Assembly: GCA_021108405.1 (NCBI GenBank)
Contig: JAIOQW010000347.1
Span: 18,486-82,485 of the forward strand
Length of the DNA stretch: 64,000 bases
From: Methanosarcinales archaeon
GTDB lineage: Archaea > Halobacteriota > Methanosarcinia > Methanosarcinales > Methanocomedenaceae
Direction: 5' to 3'
Below the pieces are notes generated by a model that was not told the DNA's origin, searched no databases, and saw nothing but the letters and a program-made list of their open reading frames with translations. Below are positions 47,961 through 57,765 of the stretch, piece after piece. Position numbers and translations under genes: made by a program. Every line of letters starts with the position of its first letter. Position 1 is the first letter of the stretch.

Positions 47961-49142
47961 ATGAAATTCCATATCATTGCAGCTAAGGATATGAAGATCC
48001 TTATTCGTGATCACAATGCTCTCATTTTAATGTTTATACTGCCTATGCTGTTAATCTCAGTAGCAGGACTGGCACTGGGCGGTACATTCGAGGATAATAT
48101 CAGAATAGATGTACTGGTAGTTGACCTGGATAATAGGGATCTATCAAAGGAATTTGTGCAATTTCTCGAAGATATAGATATCCTGGATGTAGATATGGAG
48201 TCAAACGAGTTTGCTGCCAGGGACAGGGTTAAGAATAAAGAGTACGGCAGGTTGGTCATAGTCCCACCGGGTTTTACTGAATCCATAATGACAGGCCAGG
48301 ATACTGAGTTGCTTATTATCTCAGATCCATCCGAGGATTCCCAGAATACGGTTTTGGAGAAGATCATCGAGGGATATGCCAACCGGATGTCAACCTACGT
48401 GGTAACAATTAAAACCGTTACCACCTATGGTGTCCCGACTTATGATCAAGAAAAGGTCTTTGATATTATAAAAGTAGTAGACAGGTTCATAGCCTCACCA
48501 CCAGTAGCAGTAGTCACACAATCCTCTACTACTGATACGAAAGATTTCTCACCATTTATTCAGTACGTTCCCGGATTTGCTGTCATGTTCCTGCTGCTTA
48601 CCTGTGTGGAGGCCGGATCAGTCAGTCTGCTAAAAGAACAGGAATCCGGGACCCTGAGGCGTCTTGTCACAGCCCCTATCAGCAGGAGTGAGATCATTGG
48701 CGGCAAGATCGCCAGTATCTTTATTCGTGGATTTATTCAATTATCCGTACTGCTGCTATTCGGACAGGTGGTCTTTGACCTGAACCTGGGCAGCAGCATA
48801 GCGGCTATTATTATCCTGATATCAGCGGTCACACTGGCTGGTACCGGTTTTGGAATGCTGGTTGCAGTTCTTGTAAAAACCAAGGACCAGGCATCCTCTC
48901 TATCTTCTATGCTGGTACTGACAATGTCTGCTATGGGAGGTTCCTGGTGGCCTTTGTTCATTGAGCCGCAGTTCATGCAGGATATTGCTCATTTTACTAT
49001 CACTGCCTGGGCTATGGATGGATTCTATGACCTGTTGATTTTTGACACCGGAGTAAGTGGAATAATGAAGGAAGTAGGAGTATTATTGCTTATGAGTATG
49101 ATTTTTTTCTGGATCGCTACAACCAGGTTTAAGTTTGAATAG
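47961..49142 (+). CDS. ABC-2 family transporter permease
   Basis: 393 aa: N-terminal TM, large extracytoplasmic loop, then five C-terminal TM helices. Confidence 0.85.
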   Translation: MKFHIIAAKDMKILIRDHNALILMFILPMLLISVAGLALGGTFEDNIRIDVLVVDLDNRDLSKEFVQFLEDIDILDVDMESNEFAARDRVKNKEYGRLVIVPPGFTESIMTGQDTELLIISDPSEDSQNTVLEKIIEGYANRMSTYVVTIKTVTTYGVPTYDQEKVFDIIKVVDRFIASPPVAVVTQSSTTDTKDFSPFIQYVPGFAVMFLLLTCVEAGSVSLLKEQESGTLRRLVTAPISRSEIIGGKIASIFIRGFIQLSVLLLFGQVVFDLNLGSSIAAIIILISAVTLAGTGFGMLVAVLVKTKDQASSLSSMLVLTMSAMGGSWWPLFIEPQFMQDIAHFTITAWAMDGFYDLLIFDTGVSGIMKEVGVLLLMSMIFFWIATTRFKFE

Positions 49143-50427
49143 ACGGATCTATGGTAATATTCCCGCCCAGTCTTTGTATAACATTAAAGAACCCTGGGAA
49201 AGATACATCCACAGATTCTACTGTATCAATTGTTGTATCTCCTGCTACCATCCCGGCTACTGTCAGTGCCATTACAATACGGTGGTCATGCCATCCATGT
49301 ACCTGTGCTCCGTGCAGACCTGTGCCCTTGATCAATAAACGGTCAGGCTCCTGTATAATATCCACACCCATTTTGCTGAGTTCAACTGTCATAGCATTAA
49401 GCCTATCAGTTTCCTTGAACCTTACATGTTCGGCATTCTCTATTACCATCTCACCTTCACAAACGGCTCCTAATACTGACAGTGTGGGGACAAGGTCAGG
49501 TGTCATACCTACATCTACGTTGATACCATGCAATTGACTCTTATTGATTGTAACTACACCATGCTGTTTGTCCCATATAAGATCAGCACCCATATCCTGC
49601 AGTATGGATATGATCGCAGCATCTCCCTGGCTGCTGGGAAATATTCCATTGATAGTAACACCATTTCCTGCCAGTACACCTGCTGCTAATAAATAGGATG
49701 TAGAAGAAAAATCTCCTGGTACGGTATATTCACTTAATGAATAAGACTGGTTGGGAGGTATGATGAATTTTAAGTTCTGTTTGCTCCCTTTTTCTATATG
49801 TATCTCAATACCAGCGCTCTTAAGCATCTCAAGAGTAATATCCACATAAGGCCTGGATTTTAATTCACCTTCTACCTGGATCACGGTCTCATCAGGACAT
49901 AGAGGACAGGCGATAAGTAGTGCAGAAAAGAACTGGCTGCTAATACTGCCGTCAACTACTGCCTCACCACCGCTCATCGGTCCACGTACTATAATAGGGG
50001 CAGTACCATTATCTTTAGTAGAGAACACTTCTGCTCCCAGGTCGTTCAGGGCCCTGATCAGTGGTGTATTGGGACGTGTACGTATGGAATCATCTCCGGT
50101 AAGCACTATAGTTCCATTGCACAGGGCACTCACAGCCATAATAAGCCGTAATGTCGTCCCGCTATTTGCCACATCTATTACATTATCTGCAAGGTCAGGA
50201 TGTCCTTTGACTCCGTTAATAATAAGATCGTCATTCTCCTGGTGAATCCCTGCACCCAGTGCTTTACATGCCTCTACCGATGCAAGTGTGTCTGCTGATA
50301 AAAGGGGGCGGTAGACTGTTGTTTGATCAGATAGTGCGGATATGACCACAGCTCTGTGAGTATAGCTTTTAGATGGTGGGGCAAAAACCTTGCCCTTGAG
50401 TATTGATCGGTCGATTGTTGCTTTCAT
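49129..50427 (-). CDS. aroA: 3-Phosphoshikimate 1-carboxyvinyltransferase (EPSP synthase)
   Basis: 432 aa, PPSKSYTHRA, LANSGTTLRL-like VANSGTTLRL, full-length AroA pattern. Confidence 0.95.
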   Translation of the reverse strand: MKATIDRSILKGKVFAPPSKSYTHRAVVISALSDQTTVYRPLLSADTLASVEACKALGAGIHQENDDLIINGVKGHPDLADNVIDVANSGTTLRLIMAVSALCNGTIVLTGDDSIRTRPNTPLIRALNDLGAEVFSTKDNGTAPIIVRGPMSGGEAVVDGSISSQFFSALLIACPLCPDETVIQVEGELKSRPYVDITLEMLKSAGIEIHIEKGSKQNLKFIIPPNQSYSLSEYTVPGDFSSTSYLLAAGVLAGNGVTINGIFPSSQGDAAIISILQDMGADLIWDKQHGVVTINKSQLHGINVDVGMTPDLVPTLSVLGAVCEGEMVIENAEHVRFKETDRLNAMTVELSKMGVDIIQEPDRLLIKGTGLHGAQVHGWHDHRIVMALTVAGMVAGDTTIDTVESVDVSFPGFFNVIQRLGGNITIDPSIQT

Positions 50428-50493
50428 TGTTTATCAGTTCTATTTTCTATTATTTAGCAAAATATAAATGCATTGGTATTTGATTTACTCATA

Positions 50494-51612
50494 ATGAGAC
50501 TTCATGAATATCAATCCAAACAAATATATAGGGAATATGGCATCCCTACTCCTGATGGGATTATATGTACTACTATTAATGAAGCTGAGCAGGCTGTCAG
50601 ACAATTACATAGTGCGGTTATTAAAGCCCAGGTGCTGGTAGGAGGTAGGGGCAAAGCAGGTGGTGTCCTTAAAGCCACACAGGATAATGCGAGTAGTATT
50701 GCCGCGCAAATCTTTGGTCTTACTATCAAGGGCCTGCCAGTGCGTAAAGTGCTGGTTGAAAAAAGTATGGCAATAGCAAATGAGTACTATGTAGCAATTG
50801 TACTGGACCGCAGTACCGGATCCCCTCTATTGATGGTGAGTGCCAGTGGAGGTGTGGATATCGAAGAAGTGGCAAGGACTACACCCCATTTGATCTGTAA
50901 AAGATCTATTGACCCTTATATGGGACTTATGTCACATCAACTGCTATATATGGCAAAAAAGCTGGGAATTGATGATATAACTGCATTTTCAAAGCTTATC
51001 AGAAACCTGTATAATATATATGAAACATTTGACTGCACTTTAGTTGAGATCAATCCACTGGTATTGACGCAAAGTGGCCATATAATTGCTTTAGATGCCA
51101 AGATCAATATTGATGATAATGCACTGTTCAGACAAAAGGCTATGCAGGAACTATATATCCGGAACCAGGATGATCTTGAACCCCAGGAAGTGCAGGCCAA
51201 AAAGCTTGACATGAGCTATGTGGATATGGAAGGGAATATCGGATGTATAGTGAACGGTGCGGGACTGGCCCTGGCAACCCTTGATATGATCAGTCTTGCA
51301 GGCGGTTCGCCTGCTAATTTTATGGATGTGCGCGGTGGTGCTGATGCTTTTCATGTGGGCAGTGCCGTATCTATCACTGCATCCAATCCAGGGACTGAAT
51401 TGCTGCTTATTAATATGTTCGGAGGACTTACCCTGTGTGATGAGATCGCGCAAGGAATACATGATACGCTTAAAAAGTTGAATATTCCGGTTGTTATCAG
51501 ACTTACCGGTACTAACCAGGAGAAAGGATGGGATATCCTCCATGGTGCAAATGTGACTGTGGCACACAGCACATCAGAAGCTGCAAGGATAGCTGTGGAG
51601 ATGGTACAATGA
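50494..51612 (+). CDS. sucC: Succinyl-CoA synthetase beta subunit
   Basis: [19 protein letters not shown]-terminus (ATG 50494; the TTG 50473 call is too long) and ATP-grasp pattern. Confidence 0.9.
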   Translation: MRLHEYQSKQIYREYGIPTPDGIICTTINEAEQAVRQLHSAVIKAQVLVGGRGKAGGVLKATQDNASSIAAQIFGLTIKGLPVRKVLVEKSMAIANEYYVAIVLDRSTGSPLLMVSASGGVDIEEVARTTPHLICKRSIDPYMGLMSHQLLYMAKKLGIDDITAFSKLIRNLYNIYETFDCTLVEINPLVLTQSGHIIALDAKINIDDNALFRQKAMQELYIRNQDDLEPQEVQAKKLDMSYVDMEGNIGCIVNGAGLALATLDMISLAGGSPANFMDVRGGADAFHVGSAVSITASNPGTELLLINMFGGLTLCDEIAQGIHDTLKKLNIPVVIRLTGTNQEKGWDILHGANVTVAHSTSEAARIAVEMVQ

Positions 51613-52472
51613 GTATACTGGTAAACGAAAAAACCAGATTGATAGTCCAGGGTATTACAGGTCATGTGGGTACACTCGAAACAAGATTGATGTTAAATTC
51701 AGGTACAGAGATAGTAGCCGGGGTCACACCTAAAAAAGGTGGTAAGATAATAGAAGGAGTACCTGTGTATGATACTGTGCAGGAAGTACTTGATGAGATG
51801 AAAGCAGATACTTCCATCATTTTCGTGCCTCCGGCCCACGCAGCAGAGGCTATATTCGAAGCAGCAGAGGCTGGGATAAAACTTGTGGTATGTATCACTG
51901 AAGGTATTCCTGTGAAGGACATGGTCAAAGTGCTTCCGTATATTAAAGATAGAGATGTGAGACTCATAGGACCCAACTGTCCTGGCATTACTACACCCGG
52001 TGGAGCAAGAGTAGGTATTATGCCTGATTTTATATTCTCAAAAGGTAATGTGGGTGTGGTATCACGCAGCGGGACACTTACTTATGAGGTTGTGGACACG
52101 TTAAGTAAAGCTGGTATTGGTCAATCTACATGTGTTGGTATCGGTGGAGATCCTCTTATCGGGACAAGTTTCATTGACGCTCTTGGGATGTTTGAGGATG
52201 ATCCTGATACTTCATCTATTGTAATGATAGGTGAGATAGGAGGAACGGCCGAGCAGGAAGCAGCCGAATATATTAAGGAATATGTAAGCAAACCTGTAGT
52301 GAGCTATATAGTAGGGATAAGCGCACCCCAGGGCAAGACCATGGGACATGCCGGTGCTATCATTAGCGGTGGGGTTGGAAGTGCCAGGGAGAAGATACGG
52401 GTTCTTGAAGGGGCTGGAGTTAGTGTTGCTACGAGTCCTGAGGATATTGTAGAGAAAGAGAAAATATTATGA
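51609..52472 (+). CDS. sucD: Succinyl-CoA synthetase alpha subunit
   Basis: [18 protein letters not shown]..., [16 protein letters not shown] (phosphohistidine loop). Its ATG overlaps the sucC stop (ATGA). Confidence 0.9.
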   Translation: MSILVNEKTRLIVQGITGHVGTLETRLMLNSGTEIVAGVTPKKGGKIIEGVPVYDTVQEVLDEMKADTSIIFVPPAHAAEAIFEAAEAGIKLVVCITEGIPVKDMVKVLPYIKDRDVRLIGPNCPGITTPGGARVGIMPDFIFSKGNVGVVSRSGTLTYEVVDTLSKAGIGQSTCVGIGGDPLIGTSFIDALGMFEDDPDTSSIVMIGEIGGTAEQEAAEYIKEYVSKPVVSYIVGISAPQGKTMGHAGAIISGGVGSAREKIRVLEGAGVSVATSPEDIVEKEKIL

Positions 52473-52849
52473 AAACAATATTTGATAGCTATCCTTTATG
52501 GACTGTTATTCTTGCCAATATTTTTTTACTTGCGGTTTATCTTGCAGGCGCATATATAATATTTACATTAAGCCTGGTTACTGGAATTTTATATATAATA
52601 TATATCGTTCTTCTTGAGTTTTATTATCTTAAGGAAGGGTGTACCTGTTGTTGCTATTATGGCAAATTATGTGCCTTTGGTAAAGGAAGTATATCTGCAT
52701 TGTTTTTCAAGAAAGGAGATCCTGGAAAATTCTGTGAAAGAGAGCTTGGTTTTAAGGATTTTATTCCCCAGGTCCTTGTAGTGCTAATTCCATTAGTTGT
52801 GGGAACAGCTATTATTATTTCAAGAGGTTTTGATTTTTTATTTTGTTAA
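52469..52849 (+). CDS. Small membrane protein with Cys cluster ([11 protein letters not shown]), 126 aa
   Basis: Three predicted TM helices. Its start overlaps the sucD stop by 4 nt. Confidence 0.5.
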   Translation: MKTIFDSYPLWTVILANIFLLAVYLAGAYIIFTLSLVTGILYIIYIVLLEFYYLKEGCTCCCYYGKLCAFGKGSISALFFKKGDPGKFCERELGFKDFIPQVLVVLIPLVVGTAIIISRGFDFLFC

Positions 52850-52864
52850 ATCTTATGTACCATC

Positions 52865-55312
52865 TCATCCTGACAGCCATATTGCTATAATCTCCTGGAG
52901 ATCTGTAGAAGACATAATATGTCCTCTTACTGGTATATCCTCTAACCAGTGATGAATAGCTTTTTGAAGTTCCACTGTAGTGACTGCACCCCCCCCTTCT
53001 GAATCTTCACCAATCCATTCATTTTTCCAATTATCATTAATTTGATTTCCACCAACTTTTATCACCCAGAAATCCTTACCACCAGCACTGTACGATTCCG
53101 TAGATCCTGCAATTATATAACCACCATCAGTAGTCTGCTGGATTGATTGTGCAAAATCATTATCAGTCCCTCCAAAGGTTTCATTCCATTGCTCGTTTCC
53201 ATTCGAATCTGTTTTCACAAGCCAGAAATAATAGGAATATTCACTACTATACGATTGTGTGGATCCTGCAATTATATAACCACCATCAATGGTTTGCTGG
53301 ACTGAGTTTGCATAATCCCTACTATTTCCTCCAAAGGTCTCGTTCCATTGCTCGTTCCCATTCGAATCGGTTTTAATAAGCCAGATATCTTCATAAAAAT
53401 TATCATCCTCCGTAATTCCAGCAATGATATAACCACTGTCAGATGTCTGCTGGACTGAGTATGCCCAATCCCCATAAGATTTTGTAAAGGTCTTATCCCA
53501 TTGCTTGTTTCCATTCGAATCTGTTTTCACAAGCCAGGAATCAGCCATACCAGCATCGTAATGAATATATCCTGCAATGATATAGCCACCATCAGTGGTC
53601 TGCTGAACAGAAGATGCTTTATCTTCATAAATTCCTCCAAATGTTTTGTTCCATTGCTCGTTTCCATTCAAATCTGTTTTCACAAGCCAAAAATCACCTT
53701 CATTAACATCGTACGAGGACGTATATCCTGCAATTATATAACCACCATCAATAGTCTGCTGAACAGAAGATGCCTCTTCCCAGGCAGTTCCTCCAAATGT
53801 CTCGTTCCATTGTTCGTTTCCATTCGAATCCGTTTTCACAAGCCAGGAATCACTATAACCAGCACCGTACGAACACGTTGATCCTGCAAATATATAACCA
53901 CCTTCTATAGTCTGCTGGACCGAATTTGCCCAATCTCGGTTAGTTCCTCCAAATGTTTTGTTCCATTGTTCATTTCCATTCGAATCCGTTTTCACAAGCC
54001 AAGAATCACCACAACCAGCACCGTACGAGTACGTATATCCTACAATTATATAACCACCATCAGTGGTCTGCTGAACAGAGGATGCATCTTCCCAGGCAGT
54101 TCCCCCAAATGTCTTGTTCCATTGCTCGTTTCCGTTTAAATCGGTTTTCACAACCCAAAAATTCCCATAACCAACACCATACGAATACGTACGTCCTGCA
54201 ATAATATAACCGTCATCAGTAGTCTGCTGGACTGTGTTTGCAGAATCACTATTAATTCCTCCGAATGTTTTGTTCCATTGCTCGTTTCCATTCGAATCTG
54301 TTTTCACTAAACAAAAATCAGACTTATCAGCACCATACGGGTATGTATATCCTGCTATGATATAACCACCATCAGTAGTCTGCTGAACTGAGTATGCAAA
54401 ATCACCATTAGATCCACCAAATGTTTTGTTCCATTGCTCGTTTCCGTTTGAATCAATTTTCTTCAATGAAAAATCATAGCCACCAGTGCTGTACCAGTCC
54501 GTCGATCCTGCAATTATATAACCACCATCAGTGGTCTGCTGGACGGAGCATGCCTCCTCATCATAATATTCTGCAAATGTTTTGTTCCATTGCTCATTTC
54601 CATTCGAATCTGTTTTCACAATCCAGAAATCTGACCAGTAATCACTACTATACGAATACGTTTCTCCTGTAATTATATAACCACCATCAGAGGTCTGCTG
54701 GATAGAGTATGCACAATCCCGTTCCGTTCCTCCAATTGTCTTGCTCCATTGCTCATTTCCGTTCAGATCTATTTTCATCAATAGAAGATCACGATCACTA
54801 TACGACCATCTTTCTCCTGCAAGAATATAACCACCGTCAGTGGTTTGTTGAACTGAATATATATTCAACCAGTTAGATCCTACATAAGTCTTATTCCATT
54901 GCTCGTTTCCGTTTGAATCGGTCTTCACAAGCCAGAAATCACCAGAATCAACTATGTGCGTGTACGTATTTGCAATTATATAACCACCATCAATGGTCTG
55001 CTGGACAAAAGATGCGTAATTATCCTCAGTTCCATCAAAGGTCTTGCTCCATTGCTCGTTTCCATTGGAATCGGTTTTCACTAATAAATAATCATAATCA
55101 CCATTCAACCACCTATATCCTGCAAGAATATAACCACCATCAATAGTCTGTTGAATAGATGATATTTCACCCCAGGAATTTCCTCCAAAAGTCTTGTTCC
55201 ATTCTTCTTCTGGTGCCGCTCCATTAGCACATCCAATGTTTATGGATATTAGCATTAAGAATAGAAGCGCGAGCATTAATATTAATTTGAATGTTCTTTT
55301 TACACTATTCAT
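52865..55312 (-). CDS. Secreted protein made of ~14 tandem ~52-aa beta-propeller-like repeats
   Basis: Signal peptide, then 13 copies of W/FLVKTDSNGNEQWNKTFGG...SVQQT.DGGYIIAG plus edge repeats. The unique ~70-aa C-terminal tail has no anchor motif. Confidence 0.75.
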   Translation of the reverse strand: MNSVKRTFKLILMLALLFLMLISINIGCANGAAPEEEWNKTFGGNSWGEISSIQQTIDGGYILAGYRWLNGDYDYLLVKTDSNGNEQWSKTFDGTEDNYASFVQQTIDGGYIIANTYTHIVDSGDFWLVKTDSNGNEQWNKTYVGSNWLNIYSVQQTTDGGYILAGERWSYSDRDLLLMKIDLNGNEQWSKTIGGTERDCAYSIQQTSDGGYIITGETYSYSSDYWSDFWIVKTDSNGNEQWNKTFAEYYDEEACSVQQTTDGGYIIAGSTDWYSTGGYDFSLKKIDSNGNEQWNKTFGGSNGDFAYSVQQTTDGGYIIAGYTYPYGADKSDFCLVKTDSNGNEQWNKTFGGINSDSANTVQQTTDDGYIIAGRTYSYGVGYGNFWVVKTDLNGNEQWNKTFGGTAWEDASSVQQTTDGGYIIVGYTYSYGAGCGDSWLVKTDSNGNEQWNKTFGGTNRDWANSVQQTIEGGYIFAGSTCSYGAGYSDSWLVKTDSNGNEQWNETFGGTAWEEASSVQQTIDGGYIIAGYTSSYDVNEGDFWLVKTDLNGNEQWNKTFGGIYEDKASSVQQTTDGGYIIAGYIHYDAGMADSWLVKTDSNGNKQWDKTFTKSYGDWAYSVQQTSDSGYIIAGITEDDNFYEDIWLIKTDSNGNEQWNETFGGNSRDYANSVQQTIDGGYIIAGSTQSYSSEYSYYFWLVKTDSNGNEQWNETFGGTDNDFAQSIQQTTDGGYIIAGSTESYSAGGKDFWVIKVGGNQINDNWKNEWIGEDSEGGGAVTTVELQKAIHHWLEDIPVRGHIMSSTDLQEIIAIWLSG
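53035..55210 (-). repeat. Coding tandem array (~156-165 bp period) inside 52865-55312
   Basis: Recurrent DNA blocks such as CCAAATGTTTTGTTCCATTGCTCGTTTCCATTCGAATC.GTTTTCAC. Confidence 0.9.
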
Positions 55313-55709
55313 TTTACTACCTCACCAATTTTTTCTACAAATCCAGATATCAATTCGAGAAGTGTTTTTTCAAAATCTTTAATTCCACCTTTTTCAATAA
55401 AAATTATAAAACTATAATAATCTTTCTATTTATTCTTAATATTTTTTTATATTTATAATAACTTCATAAGATATGGAACACTACATTAAAAAAATTGATC
55501 TTGTCTTCCCGTGCTACAGTACACCCCCCTATTAAAATTAGGATACAGATATCCAACACCCCACACAAAAAATTATATAAAAAAATACCCCTTCAGCTCA
55601 TTGTTATATAGACTCAACCAGATACAAGAACCGTAATTATCTTAGGAACTAACACATACAAAACCAAAGGACATATCACTCCAGATTCCAATTCAGTCAA
55701 AATGAACAT

Positions 55710-55847
55710 AAGAACAAAATCCTCCCTTTGGTCGGATTTTTTTGACTGAAGCTCCGAAGGAGTTGAAGGTTAGAAGATTCGTAGAATCTTCGTCCGACAT
55801 TCCAGAGGAATGGAGGATTAGTAAATGCGAACGAAGTGAGCATTTAC
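55710..55847 (-). repeat. Mosaic hairpin repeat, locus 17: M2-M3-M4-M5b-M6 (inverted, no M1); abuts the stop of 55850-57724
   Basis: AAGAACAAAATCCTCCCTTTGGTCGGATTTTTTTGAC / TGAAGCTCCGAAGGAGTTGAAG / GAAGATTCGTAGAATCTTCG / ACATTCCAGAGGAATGGAGG / GTAAATGCGAACGAAGTGAGCATTTAC. Confidence 0.9.
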
Positions 55848-55849
55848 TA

Positions 55850-57724
55850 CTACATCCTGCGTATAAAGCTAACCACAAAGATCCCTATTAATCCCAATAA
55901 CATAGAAAATCCGGGAATAACAGGATCCTGCTTATTAGCAGAAGATGTTTGTGTCGGCGCCGGAGATATTGTCTTTAAAGGTATAGGCGTATCTGTAGTT
56001 GTCGTATTCATTTCACTTATATTAGATGATATATTTAAATTTTGAGTATTAGTAAGCTGCATTGTGGTCTTTGCAATCACTCTGGCATAATTATATTCTA
56101 CGATCTTCTGGCTGGGTGATTCAAGCGAATCTGCAAACTCATATGCACTTGCAGCCAGTACAGGTTCTATACCTGCATTCCTTACATCTTCAATAGCTAT
56201 TCTTGCCGATTCGGCACTGCGGTTGATCTTGGTATCCACATCAGCATAACCCAGCAGACTAATAGCTGTACTGGCCTGTTCTGCTGCCAGTAATGAATCA
56301 AAGATAGCTCCGCTGTAATATCCTCTTTCATATTCGATCTTGGCTCTATTAAGCGACTCTTCAGCTTCCTGTAATAGGTTCAGGAGTCCGTGCCAGCTTT
56401 CCATCTCATGAATAACAGTCTCTGTATAGATAACAACAGATGAGGCAGTACCCACATACCATCCGGCTCTGTCTTTCAATATGGTTTCTGGTGTGATAGT
56501 ATTAGAATTAGCCAGTGATAGCCACCATCCAACTGTCTGGGCTCTCATAGATGCCTGAGTAAGAATCTCAATGAACTGTTTATCGGATTCTGCGGATCTT
56601 GCATCTTCTAAGAACTGTTCTGCCATTACTACTCTGATCTCGGCAGCACCCACACTGTCCACATCCACAACCCCACCATCTTTGAATGCATCCACTTCCT
56701 GGCGACTCTCATTGATCTCCAGGGTCACCTGTTCTAATAGATTATTAAGATACTCATTTTTATCCTTAGCATTCTGGTATTCCTCGTACCATAATATGAA
56801 TTTCAGGTTCTTCAGGATCAGCAGGCCTGTATTAGTGGCTGCATAATATTGCTGATCATCATATTGTTCATATCCGTATCTTAATAGTTCTTCCTGGGAT
56901 TGTAAAGTATCAGAAAACTGCGTAGTCTCATCAAGTGCTTTGTGATATAATAGATTTGCTTCACTCAGTACATCAGCAGACAGGGGACGTAGAGTATTCA
57001 GGTATTCAGCCGACCGTATGCCCTTTGGTGGTATGGAAATATTGATCCGATTGCCTGTGAATAATTCAACTGCCTCCTGGATAGTTGCTACTTCCTCAAC
57101 ATTGATGTTTTGTTCTTTTCCTCTTTCTATCACATCTATCAGGACAGGCTCATCTTCGATCATAACAAACGGACCTCCCTGTACTGTTTTTCTATTAGGG
57201 ATCATTACTTCGGTCTGGCCTTCGGGTACAATGAATAATGTTGCACCGTGCTGAGCTGCTGCATCGAGTTTAGAAGGAATTCCCCCTACCGGTCCTATAC
57301 TGCCGTCAGGGTTTATCATACCAGTCATCACCACATCCTGTGATAACTTCCAGTTCATTATATCAGCAATAGTAGCAACAGTAAGTGCAGCACCGGCTGA
57401 GGGCCCACCAATAATAGGGGAAGTGACTTCAATAATATAATAAAAATCATATTTGGTAGGGTCGATATCTGTTATATCAGAAGCTACAAGAGTTGCCATT
57501 CTGGCTGAACCTTGCAGGTCCATCTGGGTATAGGGTTGAGTATCTACAAATACGTGGCCGCTACCAGGGGTTACAATTACTGTAGCATTCAATAATACTC
57601 CAGATTCACCATCGGGTGTAGAATATGCAGCCACTATTGGAACTGTTATTCCTTCTTCCATATTAAGTGCACACGCAGGTGTAACAAATAAGAAAATCAG
57701 GATAATAGCTAAAATGAACCTCAT
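55850..57724 (-). CDS. Extracellular S16 (Lon C-terminal-like) serine protease domain + long helical domain + PGF-CTERM
   Basis: Signal peptide (MRFILAIILIFLFVTPACA from ATG 57724), GGPSAGAALTVA (Lon-type Ser motif), tail VIPGFSMLLGLIGIFVVSFIRRM. Confidence 0.7.
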   Translation of the reverse strand: MRFILAIILIFLFVTPACALNMEEGITVPIVAAYSTPDGESGVLLNATVIVTPGSGHVFVDTQPYTQMDLQGSARMATLVASDITDIDPTKYDFYYIIEVTSPIIGGPSAGAALTVATIADIMNWKLSQDVVMTGMINPDGSIGPVGGIPSKLDAAAQHGATLFIVPEGQTEVMIPNRKTVQGGPFVMIEDEPVLIDVIERGKEQNINVEEVATIQEAVELFTGNRINISIPPKGIRSAEYLNTLRPLSADVLSEANLLYHKALDETTQFSDTLQSQEELLRYGYEQYDDQQYYAATNTGLLILKNLKFILWYEEYQNAKDKNEYLNNLLEQVTLEINESRQEVDAFKDGGVVDVDSVGAAEIRVVMAEQFLEDARSAESDKQFIEILTQASMRAQTVGWWLSLANSNTITPETILKDRAGWYVGTASSVVIYTETVIHEMESWHGLLNLLQEAEESLNRAKIEYERGYYSGAIFDSLLAAEQASTAISLLGYADVDTKINRSAESARIAIEDVRNAGIEPVLAASAYEFADSLESPSQKIVEYNYARVIAKTTMQLTNTQNLNISSNISEMNTTTTDTPIPLKTISPAPTQTSSANKQDPVIPGFSMLLGLIGIFVVSFIRRM

Positions 57725-57765
57725 ACCAAGCAATATATGGTATGATAGTAATAAATGTTATGGAA

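Noticed and set aside
50473-50493. Longer N-terminal extensions suggested by the ORF track for sucC (50473), sucD (51528), the helicase (40886), the A24 peptidase (42855), the phosphatase (58002), the PD40 protein (18540) and the S16 protease (57733)
   Set aside because: Internal ATG codons give N-termini that match the conserved family starts or proper signal peptides. sucD then shows ATGA coupling with sucC. The extensions are longest-ORF artefacts.
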